32,000 bases of DNA from Candidatus Saccharimonadota bacterium (GTDB taxonomy: Bacteria; Pseudomonadota; Gammaproteobacteria; Enterobacterales; Enterobacteriaceae). Positions 10,367 through 18,133 of this stretch are shown piece after piece. The notes below the pieces were generated by a model. The model made no database searches. It saw only the letters and a program-made list of their open reading frames with translations, and was not told the DNA's origin. The stretch covers positions 90,001-122,000 of the forward strand of contig NZ_CP135009.1 of assembly GCF_039383305.1 (NCBI RefSeq), in the 5' to 3' direction. The position numbers and the translations under genes are program-made. Position 1 is the first letter of the stretch; each line of letters starts with the position of its first letter.

Positions 10367-11137
10367 TTATAGAATTTTTTTAAAAATTTTATATAAAACA
10401 AAAGTTTGTGGTTGTAAGATTAAAAATATAATTTCAAAAAAAATTATTGAAGTAAATATTATAATTAATATTTTTCCAATTTTCAGAGTAATGTTATATT
10501 TATAAATTTTAAAATTTTTTTTTTTAGTTAATAAAAAAATCCATTTATATAGTATCCAGAGAAAAGTGAATATATTAAGAAAAAATAAAATAATAAAAAA
10601 AATATAAATTTTAGGATTTTGTATAGAATTAATAGAATTTACTGTTAAATAAGTAAAAATTCCGGGAAAGAAATATATAATAGGCCAAAATATACATGAA
10701 AAAAAATTTAAAATTAAAAATTTAGAAAATGAAAATTTTAAGATACCAGATGTAATAGGAATTAAAGGACGAATAGGTCCAATAAATTTTCCAATTATAA
10801 TAGTTAATATATTATATTTATTTAAATATTTTGTAATTTTTTTTATAAAATTTTTATATTTTTGAAAAAAAAATGTTTTTTTAATTTTTTTTCTTCCTAT
10901 TCGTCCTAAAAAATAAGAAAAAAAATCTCCTAAATAACATCCTAAAAAACTTAATAACCATGTATAATAAAAATTTAATTTTCCATTACCAATTAAAGTT
11001 CCAATTCCACCCATTAAAATTAATCCAGGTAAAAATAATCCAATAAATGCTATTGATTCTAAAAAAGAAATAATAAAAACAAAAAAATATAAATGATGTG
11101 TTATTAAAGTCATACTATTAATGAGATAATATTTCAT
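10367..11137 (-). CDS. yabI: DedA-family inner membrane protein (YabI-like)
   Basis: The 256-aa polytopic hydrophobic protein has FLESIAFIGLFLPG..LM.G.G.LIG.G.L, GCYLGD..S..LGR and I..GKF.GP.RPL.P...G, matching the DedA/SNARE-associated signature. It is collinear with E. coli YabI (254 aa, from memory). AAGAGA lies 5 nt before the ATG at 11137. Confidence 0.8.
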   Translation of the reverse strand: MKYYLINSMTLITHHLYFFVFIISFLESIAFIGLFLPGLILMGGIGTLIGNGKLNFYYTWLLSFLGCYLGDFFSYFLGRIGRKKIKKTFFFQKYKNFIKKITKYLNKYNILTIIIGKFIGPIRPLIPITSGILKFSFSKFLILNFFSCIFWPIIYFFPGIFTYLTVNSINSIQNPKIYIFFIILFFLNIFTFLWILYKWIFLLTKKKNFKIYKYNITLKIGKILIIIFTSIIFFEIIFLILQPQTFVLYKIFKKIL

Positions 11138-11304
11138 AGCGTCTCTTAATTTTTAAAATGTTTATTATAAAATTGATATAAAATTTTAAAATTTTTAAAA
11201 TATAAAAAACATTTTTAAATTTTATAATTTTAATATGAATTTATTTAAAAAAATTTTTTTATTTATATTTTCAAATATTTATTAATTTAAGATTATTTCT
11301 ATAT

Positions 11305-12117
11305 ATGAATATAAATTTATTTAAAAAATATCCTCCAATTAAAAAATTAGGTCAAAATTTTTTACAAAATTCAGAAATAATAAAAAAAATTGTTCAAAAC
11401 ATTAATCCTCAAAGTACTGAATATATGTTAGAAATAGGATCAGGATATGGAGCTTTAACAATTCCAATAAGTCGAATAGTAAAAGAATTAATTGTTTTAG
11501 AAATTGATGAAAATTTAATATTATTTTTATCTAAAAAAGTTTGTCCGGAAATGTTACGTATTTTTTTAGTAGATGCATTAGAATTTGATTATAAAAATTT
11601 TTTTTTACAAAGAAATACATTATTATTTCGTATTTTTGGAAATTTACCTTATAATATTTCTACAATTTTTTTATTAAAAACTATATTTTTTCAAATTCAT
11701 ATTTATGATATGAATTTAATGTTTCAAAAAGAAGTAGCTGAACGTATAATGGCTTCTCCTAATACTAAAAAATATGGCCGTTTAAGTGTTATAATTCAAA
11801 ATTTTTATAAAATTACTATGATTTTATCTATTTCTAAAGAAAATTTTTTTCCTAAACCTAAAATATCTTCAACATTTTTAAAATTTGTTCCTATTTTAAA
11901 TAAAAATAAATCTTTAAAATATATTTTTTTGTTAGAATATATTACTAAAATAGCATTTTCTAATCGTCGAAAAATTTTAAAAAATAGTTTAGGTAAACTT
12001 TTTAGTGAAAAAAAGATGATTTCTTTAGGAATTAATCCTAAATATAGAGCTGAAAATTTATCTGTAAAACAATATGAAAAATTAGTTAATAGTATTATTT
12101 TAGAAAATTTATTATAA
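11305..12117 (+). CDS. rsmA: 16S rRNA (adenine1518/1519-N6)-dimethyltransferase
   Basis: KK.GQNFL.N..I...IV..INPQ....MLEIG.G.GALT, IFGNLPYNIST, M.QKEVAERI.A.PN.K.YGRLSVI.Q, FFPKPK..S, NRRK.L.NSL and R.AENLSV.QY match E. coli KsgA along the full length (270 vs 273 aa). Confidence 0.93.
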   Translation: MNINLFKKYPPIKKLGQNFLQNSEIIKKIVQNINPQSTEYMLEIGSGYGALTIPISRIVKELIVLEIDENLILFLSKKVCPEMLRIFLVDALEFDYKNFFLQRNTLLFRIFGNLPYNISTIFLLKTIFFQIHIYDMNLMFQKEVAERIMASPNTKKYGRLSVIIQNFYKITMILSISKENFFPKPKISSTFLKFVPILNKNKSLKYIFLLEYITKIAFSNRRKILKNSLGKLFSEKKMISLGINPKYRAENLSVKQYEKLVNSIILENLL

Positions 12118-12143
12118 TTTTTTTAAAAAAATATATAAAAAAT

Positions 12144-12170
12144 AAATGCAAGCATATCTGGCTTGCATTT
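12144..12170. terminator. candidate bidirectional intrinsic terminator between convergent rsmA and carB
   Basis: AAATGCAAGC (12144-12153) and GCTTGCATTT (12161-12170) are perfect 10-bp complements with a 7-nt loop. The stem is followed by TTTTAAAAATTTTTATTTTTTT on the + strand and by ATTTTTTATAT on the - strand. It lies 27 nt after the rsmA stop and 70 nt after the carB stop. Confidence 0.62.
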
Positions 12171-12240
12171 TAAAAATTTTTATTTTTTTATTTTAATAGA
12201 TAAGATTTTTAAAATATTATATTTTTTTATGTATATATTT

Positions 12241-15200
12241 TTATTGTATTAAATTTTTTTGAGAATTTTGTATTTTTTGAATTGAATTAATTTCAGTAAT
12301 ATTATGAATTTTTAATATTTTAGAAGTAGCCCAAACACCTTTTATTGTTGTATCATAATGTATTTGATTTTTAAAAATATATTCAAAGATTTTTTGTGTT
12401 TCATGATTTTTTTGATATTCAGAATTAATATAAATTACATATGAGTATTTATTTTTTTCTAGAATTTTCTGTATTTTAAATTTTTTTTGATAAATGTAAT
12501 GAATAGAATTTAAATTAGTTTTTAATTTTTTTAAAAATTGATAAATTTGAATATTAGTGAAATGGATACTAAATCCTGATTTAAGTAATTTTTGGAGTAT
12601 AGGTAAAATATTTTTTTTTTTTTTAATAGGTATAGAACATAAAATATTTCCTTTTTTAGGTATTTTTTTGGTAATACTGAGTACAGCTTTATAAAAAGCA
12701 TTTTTAAAATTTTTTCCAATTCCCATTACTTCGCCTGTAGATCTCATTTCTGGACTTAAAACAGGATTAGAATTTTTAAATTTATTAAATGGTAAAACTA
12801 CTTCTTTTACAAAAAAATATTTTAAAAATTTTTCAGAAAAATAATATTTTTTTTTTAAAGTAATACCAATAATAACGTTCGTAGATATTTTTGCTAATTC
12901 TGTTCCAGTAGCTTTAGATAAAAATGGAATAGTACGTGAGGCTCTTGGATTTACTTCTAAAACATATATTTTATTATTTTTAATAGCAAATTGTGCATTC
13001 ATTAATCCTTTAATTGAAAGAGATAAAGCTAATTTAGTAACTTGTTCTTTTATTTTTTTTTTAATATTTTTTGTAATAGTATATGTAGGGAAAATACATG
13101 CAGAATCTCCTGAATGAATTCCAGCAGGTTCAATATGTTCTAATATTCCACCTATAAATACATTTTTTTGATCACAAATTATATCTACATCTATTTCGAT
13201 TGCGTTTTTTAAATATTGATCTAATAAAATTTCTTGTATTTGATGATTTAAATTTAAAAGTTGAAAATATTTTTTTAATTCGTTAGAATTTTTAATAATT
13301 TTCATATCGCGCCCTCCTAATACATATGAAGGTCGGACAATAATTGGATATCCTAAAATTTCTGCTTTTTCTATAGCGTCTGGTAAATTTTTTGCTATAT
13401 TATTTTTTGGTTGTATTAATCCTAATTTTTTAATAATTTTTTGAAATTTATATCTATTTTCAGCTTTATCAATATTTTTAAATGTTGTTCCTAAAATATT
13501 AATATTAAATTTTTGAAAATCTTTAGATAACTTTAAAGGTGTTTGACCTCCATATTGAATAATAATTCCTAAAGGTTTTTCAATATTAATAATAGAAAAA
13601 ATGTGTTCAAAAGTAATAGGTTCAAAATATAGACGGTGAGACATATTATAATCTGTAGATACTGTTTCAGGATTACAGTTTATCATAATTGTTTCATATT
13701 TTTTTTTCATTAAAGCTTGAGATGCATGTACACAACAATAATCAAATTCTATTCCTTGTCCGATTCTATTTGGTCCTCCTCCTAAAATAACAATTTTGTT
13801 TTTATTTTTTGTAGGTATAGATTCACATTCATCTTCCCAAGTAGAATAAAAATATGCTGTTTCAGTAGAAAATTCTGCAGCACAAGTATCAATACGTTTA
13901 TATACTGGAAAAATTTTAAATTTTAATCGTAAATTACGAATTTTTTCTTCCGTAGTATTTAATAATTGTGAAATTCGTAAATCTGAAAATCCTTTTTTTT
14001 TTAAAAATTTTAAAAATTTTGAATCAATTTTTTTGTAGTCTAAAGTTTTTAAATTTTCTTCAATATGAATTAATTCTTGAATATAATATAAAAACCATGG
14101 ATCTATATTTGTTAAATTTTGAATTTTTTTTAAAGTCCATCCTTTTCGAAAAGATTCTCCTATATACCAAAGACGTTCCGGGCCTGCTGATTTTAATTCA
14201 TATATTAATTTTTTTTTATTTTGAATAATTTTATTAGATAATGGAATTCTAGAAGTAATATCAAAACCACTCGAACCTATTTCTAAGCTTTGTATGGCTT
14301 TATGTAAAGACTCTTGAAATGTTCGTCCAATAGCCATTACTTCACCAACTGATTGCATTTGCGTAGTTAAACGATCTTTACAATTTGGAAATTTTTCAAA
14401 ATTAAAACGAGGCATTTTAATTACAATATAATCTAGAGAAGGTTCAAATGCAGCAGGGGTATGAATTCCAGTAATATCATTATGTAATTCATCTAAAGTA
14501 TATCCAATAGCTAGTTTAGTAGCAATTCTTGCAATAGGGAAACCTGTAGCTTTAGAAGCTAAAGCTGAAGATCTAGATACGCGGGGATTCATTTCAACAA
14601 TGATCATTTTTCCTGTTTTAGGGTTTATAGCAAATTGTACGTTTGCTCCTCCATTATTAACTCCAATTTCTTTTAAAATTTTTTTTGCTGCATTTCTCAT
14701 TTTTTGAAATTCTATATCACTTAAAGTTTGAGAAGGAGCAATTGTAATTGAATCTCCAGTATGAATTCCCATAGGATCAATATTTTCAATAGAGCATACA
14801 ATAATACAATTTTCTTTATGATCACGAACAATTTCCATTTCATATTCTTTCCATCCAAGTAATGATTCATCAATTAATAATTCATTTGTTGGAGATTGTT
14901 TTAATCCTGATTCACAAATTTTTTTAAATTCTTTTAAAGAATATGCTATACCTCCTCCGCTTCCTCCCATAGTAAAAGAAGGTCGAATAATACATGGAAA
15001 ACCTATTTTTTTAGAGATTTTTAATGCTTGTTGAAAAGTATTTGCAATACCGCATTTTGCAGTATTTAATCTAATTTTTTTCATAGATTTTTCAAATAAA
15101 TGTCTATTTTCAGCTTTTTTTATAGCTTTAATTGTAATACCAATTATTTCTACATTATATTTTTTTAAAATTTTTTTTTTATAAAGTTTTAAAGTGCAAT

Positions 15201-15489
15201 TTAAAGCTGTTTGTCCCCCCATTGTAGGTAATAAAGCTTGTGGTTTTTCTTTTTTAATAATTTTTTCAATTATGGAAGTGTTAAGAGGTTCAATATATGT
15301 CCGATGAGCCATCTGAGGATCGGTCATAATTGTAGCTGGATTAGAATTAATTAAAATTATTTTAAATCCTTCTTCTTTAAGTACTTGACAAGCTTGTACT
15401 CCTGAATAATCAAATTCACAAGCTTGTCCAATAATAATAGGTCCAGCTCCTAAAATTAAAATAGTTTTTAAATCTTTTCTTTTTGGCAT
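12241..15489 (-). CDS. carB: carbamoyl-phosphate synthase large subunit
   Basis: The 1082-aa product begins [29 protein letters not shown]. Both ATP-grasp halves are present ([17 protein letters not shown]; [21 protein letters not shown]; second copy [48 protein letters not shown]). It is collinear with E. coli CarB (1073 aa). Confidence 0.97.
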   Translation of the reverse strand: MPKRKDLKTILILGAGPIIIGQACEFDYSGVQACQVLKEEGFKIILINSNPATIMTDPQMAHRTYIEPLNTSIIEKIIKKEKPQALLPTMGGQTALNCTLKLYKKKILKKYNVEIIGITIKAIKKAENRHLFEKSMKKIRLNTAKCGIANTFQQALKISKKIGFPCIIRPSFTMGGSGGGIAYSLKEFKKICESGLKQSPTNELLIDESLLGWKEYEMEIVRDHKENCIIVCSIENIDPMGIHTGDSITIAPSQTLSDIEFQKMRNAAKKILKEIGVNNGGANVQFAINPKTGKMIIVEMNPRVSRSSALASKATGFPIARIATKLAIGYTLDELHNDITGIHTPAAFEPSLDYIVIKMPRFNFEKFPNCKDRLTTQMQSVGEVMAIGRTFQESLHKAIQSLEIGSSGFDITSRIPLSNKIIQNKKKLIYELKSAGPERLWYIGESFRKGWTLKKIQNLTNIDPWFLYYIQELIHIEENLKTLDYKKIDSKFLKFLKKKGFSDLRISQLLNTTEEKIRNLRLKFKIFPVYKRIDTCAAEFSTETAYFYSTWEDECESIPTKNKNKIVILGGGPNRIGQGIEFDYCCVHASQALMKKKYETIMINCNPETVSTDYNMSHRLYFEPITFEHIFSIINIEKPLGIIIQYGGQTPLKLSKDFQKFNINILGTTFKNIDKAENRYKFQKIIKKLGLIQPKNNIAKNLPDAIEKAEILGYPIIVRPSYVLGGRDMKIIKNSNELKKYFQLLNLNHQIQEILLDQYLKNAIEIDVDIICDQKNVFIGGILEHIEPAGIHSGDSACIFPTYTITKNIKKKIKEQVTKLALSLSIKGLMNAQFAIKNNKIYVLEVNPRASRTIPFLSKATGTELAKISTNVIIGITLKKKYYFSEKFLKYFFVKEVVLPFNKFKNSNPVLSPEMRSTGEVMGIGKNFKNAFYKAVLSITKKIPKKGNILCSIPIKKKKNILPILQKLLKSGFSIHFTNIQIYQFLKKLKTNLNSIHYIYQKKFKIQKILEKNKYSYVIYINSEYQKNHETQKIFEYIFKNQIHYDTTIKGVWATSKILKIHNITEINSIQKIQNSQKNLIQ

Positions 15490-16637
15490 GTTGATTCCTT
15501 TTTTAACATATTTTTGATAAAATTTTCAAATAATATTTTTATATCATGAGGTCCAGGTGAAGATTCTGGATGTCCTTGAAACCCAAAAGAAGGAGAATTT
15601 TTTAAAGAAATTCCTTGAATAGTTTGATCAAATAAAGAAACATGTGTAATTTTAATGTTTGAGTTTAAAGAATTTGGATCAATAGTATAATTGTGATTTT
15701 GAGTTGTAATAAAAATACGATTATTTATTAAATTTTTGACTGGATGATTGGACCCATGATGTCCAAATTTCATTTTAATAATTTTTGCATGAGCAGCTAA
15801 TGCTAAAATTTGATGACCTAAACAAATTCCAAAAATAGGAATTTTATATAATAATAATTTTTTAATTTGTTTAATGGATTCTAGACAGGTTCTAGGATCA
15901 CCTGGTCCATTGGATAAAAGTATACCTGAGGGGTTTAATAATAAAATTTCTTTTATTTTTGTATTAGCAGGAACTACAGTAATAGAGCATTTTTTTTTAA
16001 ATAAAATTTCTAGAATATTTTTTTTGATTCCGAAATCATATACTATTACATGTAAGAGTTTTTTTTTTTTGAAATTTATATTGTTAATATTTTTTTTTTT
16101 AGTATTAGTAGAAAGGGGATGTGGATACCAAATATATTTTTTTTTTGTAGTTTTTTTGAGTGTAATATTTAATTTAGGTAATTTAGAATATTTTAAAATT
16201 TTTTTTAAGATTTTTTGTGTAGATATATTAATGTTAGTAGTAATACATCCATATTGTGTACCTGAAATTCTAAGAATTTTAGTTAATTTTCTAGTATCAA
16301 TATCCGTAATAGAAATTATATTATTTTCTTGCAGATATTGTACTAAATTTTTTTGACTAGTATAATGACTATCTATACTTGATAAGTTTTTTGTAATAAT
16401 TCCTTTTGCATGAATTTTTTTAGATTCAGATGAATTAGAATTAATTCCTATATTTCCTATGTGAGGATAAGTAAATACTATGAATTGATTGCTATATGAG
16501 GGATCAGTTAAAATTTCTTGATAACCTGTCATAGCTGTATTAAATACTATTTCACCTAAAAATGTTCCTTGAATTCCAGTATTTTTTCCATAAAATATAG
16601 TTCCGTTTTGTAGTATTAAGATTGCGGTGGTCTGCAA
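15468..16637 (-). CDS. carA: carbamoyl-phosphate synthase small (glutaminase) subunit, probable TTG start
   Basis: [21 protein letters not shown]....[50 protein letters not shown] and FQGHPE.SPGPHD match E. coli CarA. The track start TTG 16652 contains its own Shine-Dalgarno sequence: TTG-AGGAG-aagaatt-TTG. The second TTG (16637) aligns with the E. coli N-terminus. The 3' end overlaps carB by 22 nt. Confidence 0.92.
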   Translation of the reverse strand: MQTTAILILQNGTIFYGKNTGIQGTFLGEIVFNTAMTGYQEILTDPSYSNQFIVFTYPHIGNIGINSNSSESKKIHAKGIITKNLSSIDSHYTSQKNLVQYLQENNIISITDIDTRKLTKILRISGTQYGCITTNINISTQKILKKILKYSKLPKLNITLKKTTKKKYIWYPHPLSTNTKKKNINNINFKKKKLLHVIVYDFGIKKNILEILFKKKCSITVVPANTKIKEILLLNPSGILLSNGPGDPRTCLESIKQIKKLLLYKIPIFGICLGHQILALAAHAKIIKMKFGHHGSNHPVKNLINNRIFITTQNHNYTIDPNSLNSNIKITHVSLFDQTIQGISLKNSPSFGFQGHPESSPGPHDIKILFENFIKNMLKKESTCQKEKI

Positions 16638-16694
16638 AATTCTTCTCCTCAAATTTTTTAATGTTTAATGATGAGTTAATTTATATCTGAGGTT

Positions 16695-17492
16695 TTATAT
16701 TAGAACATCTCTCATAGTAAAAAAACCATTTTTTTTATTTTTTAACCAATACGCAGATTTTAAAGCCCCTTGTGAAAAAATATCACGTGTAACAGCTTTG
16801 TGGGTAATCTTCAATATCTCTTGAGAATTTTCAAATATTACAGTATGTTTTCCTATAATGTTTCCAAGTCGTAAACTTGAACAAATAATTTTTTTTTTAT
16901 TTTTTTTTTTATTTAAATAGAAATATTCAGAAATATTTTTATTTTGAAATTTCCACTTCATAGTATTTGTAATAATAGATTTTAAATATAATGCAGTTCC
17001 AGAAGGTTGATCTTTTTTATTTTTATGATGGGATTCTAGAATTGCAATATCACTATTTTCTCCTATTACATTAGAAATTTTTTCTAGTAAAATACACATT
17101 AAATTAATTCCACAGCTAAAATTTGGTGAATATAGAATAGATATTTTTTTAGAAGATTCTTTGATATATTTCATTTGTAAATTAGTAAATCCGGTAGTTC
17201 CAATTACAATATTTTTTTTTTTTTTTATACAAAATTCTAGGTTTTGTAAAGAAGATTTCGGGTTACTAAAATCTATTAAGACATCAAAATCTACTGTTTT
17301 TTTTTGATTAAGTTGATTTAAATTTAAAAATGGAAAGTTAAAATTTTTATGATTTTTAAATTTTTTTGATATTTTATTTTTAATTAAAGCATACGTACAA
17401 GTTATTTTTGGAAAATTTTTTAATTCTTTAATTAATGATTGCCCCATTTTCCCGTATGCACCAGAAATTATAATTTTTGTATTTTTTTCCAT
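16695..17492 (-). CDS. dapB: 4-hydroxy-tetrahydrodipicolinate reductase
   Basis: I.I.GA.GKMG..LI, FDV.IDF..P, IGTTGF, SPNFS.G.N.M, I.E.HH..K.D.PSGTA, HK(A).R..F..GA..(S)A.WL and G.F.MRDVL match E. coli DapB (265 vs 273 aa). AGGAT lies before the ATG. Confidence 0.92.
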   Translation of the reverse strand: MEKNTKIIISGAYGKMGQSLIKELKNFPKITCTYALIKNKISKKFKNHKNFNFPFLNLNQLNQKKTVDFDVLIDFSNPKSSLQNLEFCIKKKKNIVIGTTGFTNLQMKYIKESSKKISILYSPNFSCGINLMCILLEKISNVIGENSDIAILESHHKNKKDQPSGTALYLKSIITNTMKWKFQNKNISEYFYLNKKKNKKKIICSSLRLGNIIGKHTVIFENSQEILKITHKAVTRDIFSQGALKSAYWLKNKKNGFFTMRDVLI

Positions 17493-18133
17493 TATTGATC
17501 CTATATTTTATTAGATAAAAAATTTTTTTAAAAAAAATATCATAATATATTATGATATTTTTTAATATTGTGAAAGTGAAAAATTTTTTTTTAAAAAAAT
17601 AATATTTAAATATTTTTTAAAGATATTTAATATAATTAAAAGATTTTATATCCTAATAATGTAAAAATTGTAGAATATTTTTTAAAAAATATAAAAAATC
17701 TAAATTTTAAAATTTTTTTTAAATAAAAAATATCATTTATAATAAAATTTTTAATTTTACAGATATAAAGATAATTTAAAAAAAATATATAACATATAAT
17801 ATTAATTTTTATAAAATAAATTTTGATATAAATATATTCATATATTAAAAATTCTTTATATTTTGAAAGTTTAATTATATATATAGAATATATTTTTTAT
17901 TTTTTAAAATATTTTTTATATAAAAAATTTGAAAATTTAAAAAATATTAAAAATATAAAAATTTTTTATATTTTTTTTAAAGAGCAAATTTTTATAAAAA
18001 ATTTTAAAATTATAAAAAGTAAATAATATTAAAAAATAATATTTTTTTTATTTTATTTAATTTTTTTATAGAATGTAATATTAAAATTTTATTGAAGAGT
18101 ATAAAATTATAATATTTTATATTAGATGAATTT
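17493..18133. other. 641-bp non-coding spacer, about 6% G+C (41 G/C by hand count), with no ORF; candidate fully eroded gene remnant
   Basis: This is the longest non-coding stretch in the window. It occupies the interval between ileS and dapB, which in E. coli K-12 holds lspA-fkpB-ispH-rihC. No ORF appears in the six-frame track and no recognisable motif can be read by eye. Confidence 0.5.
17532..17563. repeat. 32-bp perfect palindrome located 40-71 nt upstream of the dapB start codon
   Basis: AAAAAATATCATAATATATTATGATATTTTTT equals its own reverse complement (checked base by base; centre between 17547 and 17548). It includes the only C/G pair of the neighbourhood, placed symmetrically (C17541/G17554). 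Confidence 0.8.

Noticed and set aside
11235-11285. A 16-codon mini-ORF (MNLFKKIFLFIFSNIY*) 70 nt upstream of rsmA, whose first codons echo the rsmA start (ATGAAT..TTATTTAAAAAA vs ATGAATATAAATTTATTTAAAAAA)
   Set aside because: It has no ribosome-binding site and is in a different frame. The shared string is low-complexity A/T sequence, so a chance or slippage duplication is the simplest explanation. It could be revisited if conserved in relatives.
3045-14228. Other small track ORFs: 3045..3263-, 5038..5250-, 8916..9101-, 12531..12719-, 13968..14228+
   Set aside because: Each is embedded in or antisense to pheT, ihfA, nfo or carB. The sequences are low complexity, with no independent support.
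16120-16128. DnaA-box-like 9-mer TGTGGATAC (8/9 to TGTGGATAA)
   Set aside because: It is a single copy, lies within carA, and has no cluster or AT-rich unwinding-element context beyond the genome-wide background.
15874-16356. 160-aa ORF on the + strand, antisense to carA; long for such an AT-rich genome
   Set aside because: It lies entirely inside the well-conserved carA gene. Its translation is F/L/I-rich low complexity, the mirror image of K/N/I-rich sense codons. It has no ribosome-binding site and no recognisable motif, so it is a shadow ORF.
1601-16652. 5' extensions of track ORFs at TTG/GTG codons (pheS 1601, pheT 2629, glyQ 8788, rplY 9898, carA 16652)
   Set aside because: In each case a downstream ATG (or the second TTG for carA) aligns with the ortholog N-terminus and is better placed relative to a purine-rich ribosome-binding site. 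The extensions add non-homologous residues.
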